Assembly: GCA_050253415.1 (NCBI GenBank)
Contig: JBFWJC010000002.1
Span: 448,625 to 512,624 of the forward strand
Length of the DNA stretch: 64,000 nucleotides
Direction: 5' to 3'
Origin: Pedobacter sp.
Lineage (GTDB): Bacteria; Desulfobacterota; Desulfuromonadia; Desulfuromonadales; Syntrophotaleaceae
The position numbers were made by a program, and so were the translations under genes. Below the pieces are notes generated by a model. The model had not been told where the DNA came from. It ran no database searches and worked only from the letters and a program-made list of their open reading frames with translations. Below are positions 39,181 through 49,310 of the stretch, piece by piece (position 1 is the first letter of the stretch; each line of letters starts with the position of its first letter).

Positions 39181-39309
39181 TTTCTGTTTTCCTTTGAAAT
39201 CAGTAGGTTAATGAGAGTAAGTGACGCGGGATGTAGTCTGTATGCTTAAAAAAAAGGCACGGGTGCTGATGGTTCGGGCACTGGAAGGGTGAGGGAAGAT
39301 ATTTGGTAT

Positions 39310-39341
39310 AAAAAAAGCCCCTGCCATGGCAGGGGCTTTTT
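39310..39341 (-). terminator. intrinsic terminator after ilvE
   Basis: AAAAAGCCCCTGCCATGGCAGGGGCTTTTT. Confidence 0.8.
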
Positions 39342-39363
39342 GGGGGATGTTTGCGGAGAGGGG

Positions 39364-40428
39364 TCAGATTTTTTCGACCCAGCCATGAGTGTCGGGCTGG
39401 AGGCCGTATTGGATACCGGTAAGGGCCTTGTAGAGCTTCATGGTCAGTTCGCCCATCTGTCCGTCCGCGATGGTGACCGTGCGGTCCTTGTAGGTAAGTT
39501 GACCAACGGGGCTGACCACGGCCGCCGTACCGGTGCCGAAGGCTTCCTTGAGGCGGCCGGACTCGGCGCCGTCGAGGAGTTCATCGACGCTCATGGCGCG
39601 TTCCTCAATGGTATAGCCCATTTCTCGGGCCAGTTGCAGGACGGAACGACGCGTGACGCCGTTGAGGATCGTACCGTGCAGCGGCGAGGTAACGATTTTG
39701 TCGTCGTACAGAAAACAGATGTTCATGCTGCCGACTTCCTCAACGTACTTGCGTTCCACGGCATCGAGCCATAGAACCTGGTCGAAACCTTTTTCGGAGG
39801 CTTCTTTGGCGGCGCGCAGGCTGGCGGCGTAGTTGCCGCCGCATTTGACTTCACCGGTGCCGCCGGGGGCGCTGCGAATGAATTGATCGGCAATCCAGAT
39901 CTTGACCGGTTTGAAGCCGCCCTTGTAGTAAGCGCCAACCGGGGAAAGGATGATGTAGCACAAATACTTGTCCGAGGGCTTGACCCCCAGAACCGCTTCG
40001 GTGGCGATCATGGCGGGGCGAATATAAAGGCTTGTGCCTTCGCTGTGGGGAACCCAGTCGGCCTCGAGGCGGATCAGTTCCTTGAGGGCCTTAAGGAAAA
40101 ATTCCTCGTCCACGGGCGGCATGCACAGGCGCTCGGCGCTCTGGTTGAAGCGGCGAATGTTGTCCGCGGGGCGAAACAGCGCCACGGAACCATCCTGGCG
40201 GCGGAAAGCCTTGAGGCCCTCGAAGATTTCCTGAGCATAGTGAAGCACCAGGGCGGCCGGATCGAGGGTGAAAGGGGCGTAAGGCTGGATGCGAGCCGAG
40301 TGCCAACCGCGTCCGGTGTCGTATTCCATGACGAACATGCGGTCGGTGAATTGGCGGCCGAACACCAGCTTGGATTCATCCTGGATGTGGGCCTTCGGTT
40401 GGGTGACAGGCTGTATTTCAATATCCAT
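39364..40428 (-). CDS. ilvE: branched-chain amino acid aminotransferase
   Basis: LHYAQEIFEGLKA, LYIRP, KCGGNY, EEVGSMN, FGTGTAAVVSP. Confidence 0.95.
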   Translation of the reverse strand: MDIEIQPVTQPKAHIQDESKLVFGRQFTDRMFVMEYDTGRGWHSARIQPYAPFTLDPAALVLHYAQEIFEGLKAFRRQDGSVALFRPADNIRRFNQSAERLCMPPVDEEFFLKALKELIRLEADWVPHSEGTSLYIRPAMIATEAVLGVKPSDKYLCYIILSPVGAYYKGGFKPVKIWIADQFIRSAPGGTGEVKCGGNYAASLRAAKEASEKGFDQVLWLDAVERKYVEEVGSMNICFLYDDKIVTSPLHGTILNGVTRRSVLQLAREMGYTIEERAMSVDELLDGAESGRLKEAFGTGTAAVVSPVGQLTYKDRTVTIADGQMGELTMKLYKALTGIQYGLQPDTHGWVEKI

Positions 40429-40556
40429 GGGGGCGTGCCTCCGATCCGTAAATAAATAGAGTCAAAGCATCTTGGACATTTAGCATATCCAAACAGCTGC
40501 TGGCAAGGAGTTTCGTGGCATCAAAACTTTGTTGAGCTCGCTCGCATGGCAGGTTC

Positions 40557-40907
40557 TCAGGTGAAAAAATGAATGGTCAACGGGTAACGTACCGGTTGGC
40601 CATTCCTGCAACGCACCGCCGCGACGATAATCATGATGAAGTCGAATATGGCAAGGAAAATCAATAAAGGAATGCCGATCACCAGAAAAACAAGGGGGGT
40701 GACCGCGAGGCCGTAGATCAGCATGCTGATCTGGAAATTGAGCGCTTCCTTGCCGTGACGATCGACTTCGGCATCGTCGGTGCGCTTGATGAGCCAGATG
40801 ATCAGCGGCCCCAGGATGAAGCCCAGGGGGCTGAACAGGTAGCCGGCCAAACCGGCCAGGTGACAGAGGGTCGCCCAGTTGCGATTATCGGTCTGCGCTT
40901 CATCCAT
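40557..40907 (-). CDS. DUF4870 family membrane protein
   Basis: WA.LCHL, GPLIIWLIK, HGKEALNFQIS, YPLTI. Confidence 0.85.
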   Translation of the reverse strand: MDEAQTDNRNWATLCHLAGLAGYLFSPLGFILGPLIIWLIKRTDDAEVDRHGKEALNFQISMLIYGLAVTPLVFLVIGIPLLIFLAIFDFIMIIVAAVRCRNGQPVRYPLTIHFFT

Positions 40908-40940
40908 GCTTGTGGTTCCTTATCGAGAGTGTGGCGGATT

Positions 40941-41663
40941 TCAGGATTTAAAGCCCAAAAAGTCAAGGGTCGATTCAAGGGTGCGATTGACGATTTGATC
41001 CGGAGACACGCCGGCTTCACGAAGGGCTTCAACCGCCTGGCCGAAGTTGCCGACGTTCTGGGCGATATGCGAGTCGCTGCCGAGGGATACGGGGCTGCCG
41101 AAACGGGCACATAGTCGGGCAATGAGACGGCAGTTGTCGGCGCTGCCGACGCGACTGGTGTTAAAGGACGAGTTGTTGAGTTCCAGCGCGGTGCCGGTGG
41201 CTGCACCCTGCCGTGCTACCGCCTCGTAGTCCAGGGGAAATTCCGGATTTCCCGGATGGCAGATGATGTCGATGAGCGGGTTTTCCATCAGTTCCAGGAC
41301 CGCCCGTGTATTGGCCGAGCATTCGCCCGGGCCATAGCCGCAGTCGCGATGGAATCCGGCCAGCACCAGGTCCATTTTGCCCAGCAGCCTGTCGTCCAGG
41401 TCGACGCGGCCCGGTCCGATGATATTGGCTTCGACGCCCTTAAAGATGCGCACCCCTGACAAATAGTCGGGTATCATATACAGGCATTCGAAATGGTATG
41501 GGTGTGGCGCCGCAGGCATGGCCGGTCCGTGATCCGTCATGGCTACGCCGCGCAAGCCGCGAGCGGCGGCCTCGCTGGCGATTTCGCTGATGGTGCTGTA
41601 GGCATGGCCCGAAGCCAGGCTGTGAATGTGGAGGTCGACTTCGGCGGTAAGTGTGGCTGCCAT
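40941..41663 (-). CDS. PHP-domain phosphatase (YcdX-like)
   Basis: DLHIHS.ASGHAYST, TDHGP, HPGNP, ELNNSS, GSDSH. Confidence 0.88.
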   Translation of the reverse strand: MAATLTAEVDLHIHSLASGHAYSTISEIASEAAARGLRGVAMTDHGPAMPAAPHPYHFECLYMIPDYLSGVRIFKGVEANIIGPGRVDLDDRLLGKMDLVLAGFHRDCGYGPGECSANTRAVLELMENPLIDIICHPGNPEFPLDYEAVARQGAATGTALELNNSSFNTSRVGSADNCRLIARLCARFGSPVSLGSDSHIAQNVGNFGQAVEALREAGVSPDQIVNRTLESTLDFLGFKS

Positions 41664-41980
41664 GGGTGAATCCTTTCCGGTGAGACCTGTCTTTGCTAGA
41701 AGGATCTTCGCAGGGTCGCACATTTATTATATGTCTGAGTGTGTAAAGTAGTGATCGCTTGCCAAAGACGGCACAGAAGTGGATGGGGCTTCGGGGCTGT
41801 GTGCGTTCCGTATGCTGTGCGTTCTTTGCGGTAAAATTCACGCTTCGTGAAAACAGCGGAAATCTCAAGAGTGACATCTTAGCATGATGGTGCTTGGGGT
41901 ACAATTGCCTGAGTTTTGGTTCGAAATTGGGGCTTATGTTGTTTCCCGGGCGGAGAACGTGCTATAACAGGCTCTCTTTT

Positions 41981-42129
41981 TTGATGGCGTCGCAAAATGT
42001 CCGTCCTGCGGCGTTTTTTCAGGACCCCAACATACCGAATGTATGTCTTCGCCCCTGAAAAAACACCAGACCTTGCAGGACGAAAATTTTGCTTACCCAT
42101 CCTATAAAGTTTTTGCGAAGGTACTCAAA
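41981..42129. repeat. palindromic intergenic element
   Basis: GATGGCGTCGCAAAA...TTTTGCTTACCCATC arms, inner GTCCTGC/GCAGGAC and TTTTTCAGG/CCTGAAAAA pairs. Confidence 0.6.
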
Positions 42130-42174
42130 TTTTACGGTAGATGAAAAAAATCTCCCGGGTGGGGTTGTATACAT

Positions 42175-44676
42175 ATGGAACGAGAACTAGACGGTTTTTT
42201 GCATCAGGTCAACCGCCCGGCGCGCTACCTGGGGGACGAGCTTGGCAGTGTGCGCAAGGATTGGCAGCAGGTCGATGTGACATTTGCCCTGGCTTTTCCC
42301 GATGTTTACGAAGTGGGCATGAGCCATATCGGTTTGCCTTTGCTCTATCAGATCGTTAACGACCTGGAGTGGGCTGTGGCTGAGCGCGTCTATGCGCCCT
42401 GGCCCGATTTTGAGGAAAAGCTGCGAGAAGCCGGTTTGCCCCTGACCTCGTTGGAATCGCGCCGCTCGTTGAGCTCGTTTCAGATCCTCGGTTTTACGCT
42501 GCAGTATGAATTGTCCTACAGCAATGTGCTGAATATGCTTGCTCTGGCCAATATTCCTCTGCGTCGCGAGGAGCGGCACGGGCAGTATCCGTTGGTGGTG
42601 GTGGGTGGCCCGGGAGCCTTTAATCCCGAACCGCTTGCGGATTTCATCGATTGCGCGGTGATCGGCGATGGCGAGGAGGTAATTGTCGAGCTCTGTGAGG
42701 CGGTACGCGCATCACGTCAGGCAGGGGAAGACCGTGCCGAACTGTTGCTGCGTCTGTCTGCTATCGAGGGGATTTACGTGCCCTCCCTGTTTGACGTCAC
42801 GTATCACGCCGATGGTCGGTTGGCCGCGATTCGCCCGCTTGATGTCTCCCGTAAGCGGGTACGGCGCCGGGTGGTGGCGGACCTCGATGCGGACTGTTCG
42901 CCTAACCGGCCGCTGGTTCCCTTTATGAATGCCGTGCATGACCGGGTTGCGGTCGAAATTGCACGCGGGTGCACGCGAGGTTGCCGGTTCTGTCAGGCGG
43001 GGTATATCACACGTCCGGTACGCGAGCGCAGCCCCCAGGTAATAGCCGATTCGATTTCCGCGTCCCTGGCCTGCTCCGGTTATGAGGAAGTCTCGCTGTT
43101 GTCCCTGTCGACGGGGGATTACAGCCAGATCGGTCCGTTGCTCAAGGGGTTGATGGACCGTTATCGGCAGGAGAGGGTCGCGATGTCGCTGCCCAGTCTG
43201 CGGGTCGGTTCGCTGACCGAAGAGCTGATGGAAGAAGTGCGCAAGGTCCGCAAGACCGGTTTTACCCTGGCGCCGGAAGCCGGCAGCGAGCGGTTGCGTC
43301 AGGTCATAAATAAAGGGATCACCGAGGAAGACCTGCTGGAAACGGCGCGCGGTGCTTTCGGGTTGGGCTGGCGGGTGATCAAGCTGTATTTCATGATGGG
43401 GTTGCCGACGGAAACCAAGGAAGACCTGGCCGCCATCGTCGATCTTGCGGCCCGCGTTAAACGGGCCGGCAAGGGTACCCAGGGCGGCGCGGATGTTAAT
43501 GTCTCGGTGTCGACCTTCGTGCCCAAGCCGCATACCCCTTTTCAGTGGGATGCTCAGATCGGGATAGATGAAACCCTGGCGCGGCAGGCGTATCTGCGGG
43601 ATGGGCTGCGCAGCAAAAAACTGCGTCTCAAATGGCACGAAGCCCAGATGTCGTTTGTGGAAGGGGTTTTTGCCCGCGGTGACCGCCGTTTGGGTAAAGC
43701 TCTCGAGCGAGCCGTGGAACTGGGATGCCGTTTTGACGGCTGGCGGGAGCATTTCCGTTTCGATCTCTGGCAGCAGGCTTTTGCCGAAAGCGGTATCGAT
43801 CCGCAATGGTACCTGCGTGAACGCAGTGAGGATGAAATTCTCCCCTGGTCGCACATCGATTGCGGTTTTGCCGAAAACTTTTTGCTGAATGAGCGGCGGC
43901 GGGCGTTGAGCGGTGACTATACTCCTGATTGCCGTGCCGGCGGGTGTTCCGGTTGCGGGGTGTGCGACTTCAAGAATGTGAAACCACGACTGGCCGTCCC
44001 CGGAATCGCGTTGCCCCATCCGGAGGCGCCGGCCGAGGAAGCGCCGGAAGATCTTTGCAAAATTCGTCTGCGGGTGCGCAAGGAGGGGCGCGTGCGTTTT
44101 GTCGGCCACCTCGATTTCATGGCCTTGTTTCAACGCGCCGCCCGTCGTGCCGAACTGCCTGTGCGTTTTTCCGGCGGGTTCCATCCGGCCCCGCAGATTT
44201 CTTTCCCGGATGCGCTGCCCACCGGAATCGAAAGCGATGCCGAAATTATCGATGTTCGACTGTACCGGCCCTGCGATCCCGATGCTGTGATGGCGGCTCT
44301 TAACGCCCAGTTACCGCTGGGGGTTGAAGTGTTGGATGCTCAGAGTGTGTCATGGAAAGCTCCGGCGCCGTCGGTTGCTATTCAGGGCAGCGTCTATCGG
44401 GTGCCGTTGCCGGCCGGGCGGTGGGAGGCTTTGGCTGAACGTGTCGAAAGCTTTCTGGCGATGGACTCGCTGCATGTAACACGCCTGAAAAAAGGGCAGG
44501 AGCAAGATTTTGATTTGCGGCCGGCCGTTCAGGATCTGCGTCTTGAGGACGGAGTGTTGTGGCTGACCCTGGCCAAAGGTAGTCCGCTGCCGTTGCTGGG
44601 CTGGTTGCTCGAGCTGCCACCGGAAGACGCGACCAAGCTGACGATACGCAAGGTTGCGGTGACTGGTGACTGGTGA
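42175..44676 (+). CDS. TIGR03960-type radical SAM protein fused to TIGR03936/DUF2344-like domain
   Basis: PARYLG.E, FPDVYEVGMSH, CTRGCRFCQAG; C-terminal F.GHLD...FSGGFHP.P. Confidence 0.88.
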   Translation: MERELDGFLHQVNRPARYLGDELGSVRKDWQQVDVTFALAFPDVYEVGMSHIGLPLLYQIVNDLEWAVAERVYAPWPDFEEKLREAGLPLTSLESRRSLSSFQILGFTLQYELSYSNVLNMLALANIPLRREERHGQYPLVVVGGPGAFNPEPLADFIDCAVIGDGEEVIVELCEAVRASRQAGEDRAELLLRLSAIEGIYVPSLFDVTYHADGRLAAIRPLDVSRKRVRRRVVADLDADCSPNRPLVPFMNAVHDRVAVEIARGCTRGCRFCQAGYITRPVRERSPQVIADSISASLACSGYEEVSLLSLSTGDYSQIGPLLKGLMDRYRQERVAMSLPSLRVGSLTEELMEEVRKVRKTGFTLAPEAGSERLRQVINKGITEEDLLETARGAFGLGWRVIKLYFMMGLPTETKEDLAAIVDLAARVKRAGKGTQGGADVNVSVSTFVPKPHTPFQWDAQIGIDETLARQAYLRDGLRSKKLRLKWHEAQMSFVEGVFARGDRRLGKALERAVELGCRFDGWREHFRFDLWQQAFAESGIDPQWYLRERSEDEILPWSHIDCGFAENFLLNERRRALSGDYTPDCRAGGCSGCGVCDFKNVKPRLAVPGIALPHPEAPAEEAPEDLCKIRLRVRKEGRVRFVGHLDFMALFQRAARRAELPVRFSGGFHPAPQISFPDALPTGIESDAEIIDVRLYRPCDPDAVMAALNAQLPLGVEVLDAQSVSWKAPAPSVAIQGSVYRVPLPAGRWEALAERVESFLAMDSLHVTRLKKGQEQDFDLRPAVQDLRLEDGVLWLTLAKGSPLPLLGWLLELPPEDATKLTIRKVAVTGDW

Positions 44677-44730
44677 CTGGTGACTGGTGACTGGTGACTG
44701 GTGACTGGTGACTGGTGACTGGTGACTGGT
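44658..44730. repeat. heptamer tandem repeat (GGTGACT)10
   Basis: 10 perfect units plus GGT; supplies the last codons and stop of the upstream gene. Confidence 0.95.
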
Positions 44731-44824
44731 TGTCGCCAGGCTTTTCTCGTTTAAAATTATGTAACATATGTGCTGATTTAAAATGCAGTTGTCATCAAGC
44801 GGGCCTTTGTGCCCTGGAGGTGCC

Positions 44825-46336
44825 ATGACCAAAGATCTGGTCATCAATACTACATCCCACGAAACCCGCGTCGCATTGCTCGAAAACGGACATATTGCCG
44901 AATTGTATATTGAACGAACGCGTGAACGCGGGATCGTCGGGAATATTTATAAGGGCAAAGTGCTGCGCGTGCTTCCCGGCATGCAGGCAGCATTCGTTGA
45001 TATCGGGCTTGAAAAAGCAGCATTTCTGTATGTCGCGGACGTGCTTGATCAGATGCAGGCGCTGGAACGTTTTATCGACGAAGGTGAGAGCGAAAGAGGT
45101 TTGCCTGATGAGTCCGGCCGCGAGGCCGTGATCATGCCTCCTATCGAGGATCTGCTCAAGGAGGGGCAGGAGGTGCTGGTGCAGGTCTCGAAGGAGCCTA
45201 TCGGCACCAAGGGGGCTCGGATTACCGCCCAGGTCTCTCTTCCGGGGCGGCATCTGGTGTATATGCCAACGGTCGATCATATTGGGATTTCCCGCCGTAT
45301 CGAAAGCGAGGACGAGAAGGAGCGGCTGCGCCAGCTCGTCGAAGAAATTCGCCCGCAGGGCACCGGTTTTATCGTACGCACCGCTGCCGAAGGCAAGACC
45401 GAGGATGATCTGTTTTCCGATATGGAATTTCTGGCCGGCCTCTGGAATGGCATCTGCTCGCTGCGCGAGCGCAAGGGCGCACCCTGTCTGATCTATTCGG
45501 ATCTCGATGTGACCAGCAAGGTGCTGCGGGATATCCTTACCGAAGACGTGCGGCGTATCGTGGTTGATTCCCCGCGTGAATACGACAAGATCGTTCGTTT
45601 TATCGAAACATTCATGCCCAAGCTGACCTATGTCATTGAGTTGTACAAGGGGGATGAGCCGGTTTTCGACTCGTTCGGCCTGGAGATAGAGATTGATCGT
45701 GCCTTGGGGCGCAAGGTGTGGCTGAAAAGCGGTGGCTACATCATTATTGAGCAAACCGAGGCTTTGACGGCTATTGATGTCAATACCGGCCGTTTCGTCG
45801 GCAAGCACAATCTGGAAGATACGATACTCAAAACCAATCTCGAAGCGGTCAAAGAGGTGGCATACCAGTTGCGCCTGCGCAATATCGGTGGTCTGATTAT
45901 CATCGACTTTATCGATATGGAAAAAGAAGCGCATCGGGAAAAAGTGTACATGGCCCTTGAGGAAGCCCTGAAGGGGGATCGGGCCAAGACCAACATTCTT
46001 AAGATCTCCGAGTTGGGATTGGTGGAGATGACCCGCAAGCGCGTGCGGGAGAATCTGACCCGTACCTTGTGCGAACCCTGTCCTTATTGCGAAGGCAAGG
46101 GATACGTCAAGAGTCGCCTAACCATGGTATACGAGGTGTTTCGCGAGTTGCGCCGCGAGATTCCTAATCTTTCCGGGACGCAGGTTACGCTGCTGGTGCA
46201 TCCCAGTATCGCTTCGGTTATTTGTGATGAGGAGCGCTGGGAGATCGACGATCTCGAGCAAACATCCGGCAAGCAGATCGCCATTACCGCCCGGTTCGAT
46301 TTTCATCAGGAGCAATTTGAGATTCTTTGCAGCTAG
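44825..46336 (+). CDS. rng: ribonuclease G (Rne/Rng family)
   Basis: VGNIYKGKV.RVLPGMQAAFVDIG, IDVNTG, IIIDFIDM, CPYCEG. Confidence 0.92.
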   Translation: MTKDLVINTTSHETRVALLENGHIAELYIERTRERGIVGNIYKGKVLRVLPGMQAAFVDIGLEKAAFLYVADVLDQMQALERFIDEGESERGLPDESGREAVIMPPIEDLLKEGQEVLVQVSKEPIGTKGARITAQVSLPGRHLVYMPTVDHIGISRRIESEDEKERLRQLVEEIRPQGTGFIVRTAAEGKTEDDLFSDMEFLAGLWNGICSLRERKGAPCLIYSDLDVTSKVLRDILTEDVRRIVVDSPREYDKIVRFIETFMPKLTYVIELYKGDEPVFDSFGLEIEIDRALGRKVWLKSGGYIIIEQTEALTAIDVNTGRFVGKHNLEDTILKTNLEAVKEVAYQLRLRNIGGLIIIDFIDMEKEAHREKVYMALEEALKGDRAKTNILKISELGLVEMTRKRVRENLTRTLCEPCPYCEGKGYVKSRLTMVYEVFRELRREIPNLSGTQVTLLVHPSIASVICDEERWEIDDLEQTSGKQIAITARFDFHQEQFEILCS

Positions 46337-46512
46337 TTTTCATCCGGAAACGGCTCTTTTCCGCTGTGACGGCATCAATCCGCGGGCTTGCTTATGCGGC
46401 GTACCAATGTACGCCTCCGCGCAACCCCTTGATTTCCTTGCCACAACGAAAAATTTCTCGTTTCCCGTATGAAAACCACGCTGTGTCCATCCATAGTTTC
46501 CTGACTGGATAC
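46334..46512. repeat. ~180-bp MITE/REP-like element, copy 2
   Basis: colinear with 8142-8321; right terminal repeat degenerate. Confidence 0.85.
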
Positions 46513-46525
46513 CAGCTAATTCTTC

Positions 46526-46555
46526 TTGACAGTTTGGAAACTTCGAGGCTATATT
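46526..46555 (+). promoter_or_regulatory. candidate sigma70 promoter for rplU-rpmA
   Basis: TTGACA-18 bp-TATATT. Confidence 0.55.
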
Positions 46556-46711
46556 GCCCATTCGGTTCGGGACCCGTGTGGTTAGTCACGCCTGCGGTCC
46601 CTGATTTCTTCTGCTTTATCCATACGGGGCGGCAGGAATCAGGGGAATCATGCACTGGCTGCCAGATACGGAAGATGATCCGAAATACCCAACAAAGTGA
46701 GGTGAATCGGG

Positions 46712-47020
46712 ATGTATGCGGTGATCAAGACCGGGGGAAAACAGTATAAAGTTTCCGAAGGAGACCTGGTAAAGGTCGAGAAGATCGAAGGCGTGGTGGG
46801 TGATACCATCGAGCTGAATGAGGTCCTCATGGTCGGCGGAGAAGAGGTAAAGATCGGAACACCTCTATTGCCTGGAGCGAAAGTCACGGCCCGTATTGTA
46901 CAGCAGGGCAAAGACAAAAAAGTGCTGGTATTTCACAGCAAACGGCGCCAAGGCTATCGCAAGACCTACGGACACCGTCAGCCCATTACCCGCCTGCAGA
47001 TTACAGGTATCGAGGCTTAA
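46712..47020 (+). CDS. rplU: 50S ribosomal protein L21
   Basis: MYAVIKTGGKQYKV...GHRQ. Confidence 0.98.
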   Translation: MYAVIKTGGKQYKVSEGDLVKVEKIEGVVGDTIELNEVLMVGGEEVKIGTPLLPGAKVTARIVQQGKDKKVLVFHSKRRQGYRKTYGHRQPITRLQITGIEA

Positions 47021-47032
47021 GGAGGTTTATCC

Positions 47033-47287
47033 ATGGCTCACAAGAAAGCCGGTGGTAGTTCAAGAAACGGTCGTGATAGTGCCGGTAAGCGCCTTGGAGT
47101 CAAGCGCTTCGGCGGTCAGCAAGTGACTGCGGGCTCGATTCTGGTTCGGCAGCGTGGCACGACCATTCATCCTGGCACCAATGTCGGTTGCGGCAAGGAT
47201 TATACCCTGTTCGCTCTCGTCGACGGAGTGGTGTCGTTTGAACGCAAAGGTAAAGATAAGAAGAAGGTCAGCGTTTACGCTCAGTAA
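47033..47287 (+). CDS. rpmA: 50S ribosomal protein L27
   Basis: [22 protein letters not shown]. Confidence 0.98.
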   Translation: MAHKKAGGSSRNGRDSAGKRLGVKRFGGQQVTAGSILVRQRGTTIHPGTNVGCGKDYTLFALVDGVVSFERKGKDKKKVSVYAQ

Positions 47288-47330
47288 TGCGCGCGACTGG
47301 CTTTTTGTTCAAGCCGCTGCGACAAGCAAC

Positions 47331-47371
47331 AAAGCCCGGGGTTCCCAGTTGGAGAGCTTCGGGCTTTTTTT
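47331..47371 (+). terminator. terminator-like hairpin after rpmA
   Basis: AAAGCCCGGGG...CTTCGGGCTTTTTTT. Confidence 0.65.
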
Positions 47372-47437
47372 ACGTTGAGGCTCGGACCGCATCAGGTGTG
47401 TGACTGTGCCATGGAGCTGCAGCGGGGATCCTGGAAT

Positions 47438-49291
47438 ATGAAGCAAAAGATAGTCGGACAACGTCCGGGGCGTGCCCACCTGTTGCGCTGGGTCGGCTGG
47501 TTTTCTCTTCTGCAAGGCGGACTACTCAGTCTTTCGGCCTTCTATTACTATCAGCACTTTCGCATGCCTCAGGATTCTTTGGCCTGGATGTTCGCACTCC
47601 TGGCGCCATTGGGGCATTTTGCAATGGTGTCCGCTCTCGGTGCGTTGCTCCTGACGGCATTGGTGCTGTTTTTGCCGCAGCGGCGCGTGGTGCTTGCCGG
47701 CGGCGTTGGGCTTTATAGCGGGCTGGCCATGTTGTTGATGGTCGATATGGCGGTTTTTGCGCGTTATCGATTTCATCTTAACGGCATGGTCTGGAATCTT
47801 CTGACGGGAGGAGCCGGAGCCGAAATTCTGGGTTTTTCGCGGGTTACCCTGCTGTGGGGATTGCTTGCCGTGCTGGGGTTGTTGCTGGTGCAGGTCTCTC
47901 TCGGCTGGGGGATGTATCGGCGTCTTGTCGTTAAACGCGGACTTAAGAAAGCCTGGCTGGCGGTTCTGTTTCTGGTATTGGCGGGGCAGTTGCTGCATGG
48001 ATGGGCTGATGCGGTACACCATGTTCCGGTAACCAAGCAGGTGCGTCTGTTGCCCGGGTTCAAGCCCCTGACCATGAAACGCACCATGCGTAAAATGGGG
48101 GTGGCAGTAGCTGAAACCCGGCGGGGGCCGCTTATGGACCGTCGCTACAGTGACCTGCATTATCCATTGCAACCGCTTTCGGTGAGTGTCCCCGAACGTC
48201 CTCTGAATCTGTTGCTGATCGTCATTGATGGCTGGCGTTTCGACGCTTTAACCCAGGAAATGACGCCCAATTTAGAAGAATTTTCCCGGCAGAGTTGGCG
48301 CTTTGATGCGCATTTAAGCAGTGCCAATTGTACTCGTTTCGGTGTTTTCGGACTCTTTTACGGGGTTTACGGAACCTATTGGCCGGCTTTTCTGGCAGAG
48401 CAGCGACCGCCGGTGCTGATGGAACAACTCAAAAAATCCGGCTACAGCATGGGAGTGTTCGCCAGTGCCAGTCTCGCCAGTCCGGAGTTTGACCGGACGG
48501 TTTTTGCCGCGGTGCGGGATCGTATTTCGCTGCGTCAGGAGGGCTCCTCACCTGCGGAGCGCGATCGCACCATTACCGACAAAATGAAAGCCTTTCTTGC
48601 CGAACAGGATGGCTCCAAGCCGTTTTTCGGTTTTTTGTTTTACGATTCCCCCCATGGCAAAGACTATCCCGAGGAGATGACCCGTTTCACTCCGGTCTGG
48701 GAAACCGTCGATTATCTGGCGCTCAATAACGATTTTGATCCTCAACCATATTATAATCGTTATCGCAATGCGGTATTCTATGTGGATAGCCTCATCAGCG
48801 AAGTGTTCGCCACTCTTGAGACGCAAGGCTTGACCGATTCCACGATTGTGGCCGTAGTCGGGGACCACGGAGAGGAATTCAACGAGTACCATCTCAACTA
48901 TTGGGGGCACAACGGGAATTTTGGCCGTTATCAGACAGGTACCCCGCTGCTGTTGGCCATGCCCGGTGAATCGCCGCGGGTTTTTACCCATCGGACCAGT
49001 CACCTGGATGTGGCTCCGACTTTACTGCGGCATATGTTCCGCTGCAATCAACCCGCATCCACGTACAGTAACGGTCGTGATCTGACGGATATTTCGGATC
49101 GACCCTATCTGTTCGTAAATGCGTGGGATCGATTCGGTATCGTTGAGCAGGACAAGATTACGGTGGTGTACCAAAGTGGTGAAACAGAAGCCCTCGACAG
49201 TCGCAGTCTTCAAGAATTGCCGGATGGTGAACTGGATGCGACGATGGCAACGCAGGTAGCGGAAGGAATGGGGCGATTTCTGGCCCGTTGA
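47438..49291 (+). CDS. YejM/PbgA-like membrane sulfatase (DUF3413 plus sulfatase domain)
   Basis: five N-terminal TMs with [37 protein letters not shown]...YWGH. Confidence 0.82.
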   Translation: MKQKIVGQRPGRAHLLRWVGWFSLLQGGLLSLSAFYYYQHFRMPQDSLAWMFALLAPLGHFAMVSALGALLLTALVLFLPQRRVVLAGGVGLYSGLAMLLMVDMAVFARYRFHLNGMVWNLLTGGAGAEILGFSRVTLLWGLLAVLGLLLVQVSLGWGMYRRLVVKRGLKKAWLAVLFLVLAGQLLHGWADAVHHVPVTKQVRLLPGFKPLTMKRTMRKMGVAVAETRRGPLMDRRYSDLHYPLQPLSVSVPERPLNLLLIVIDGWRFDALTQEMTPNLEEFSRQSWRFDAHLSSANCTRFGVFGLFYGVYGTYWPAFLAEQRPPVLMEQLKKSGYSMGVFASASLASPEFDRTVFAAVRDRISLRQEGSSPAERDRTITDKMKAFLAEQDGSKPFFGFLFYDSPHGKDYPEEMTRFTPVWETVDYLALNNDFDPQPYYNRYRNAVFYVDSLISEVFATLETQGLTDSTIVAVVGDHGEEFNEYHLNYWGHNGNFGRYQTGTPLLLAMPGESPRVFTHRTSHLDVAPTLLRHMFRCNQPASTYSNGRDLTDISDRPYLFVNAWDRFGIVEQDKITVVYQSGETEALDSRSLQELPDGELDATMATQVAEGMGRFLAR

Positions 49292-49310
49292 TGGAAACGA
49301 AAGAACCTAT

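Noticed and set aside
44658..44730. Heptamer arrays (also 63873-64000) or attC series as a CRISPR array
   Set aside because: No unique spacers between identical repeats and no cas genes; attC sites differ in sequence and are separated by whole genes.
44350..44847. ORFs with SHQSPVT repeats
   Set aside because: They are translations of the heptamer array on the antisense strand.
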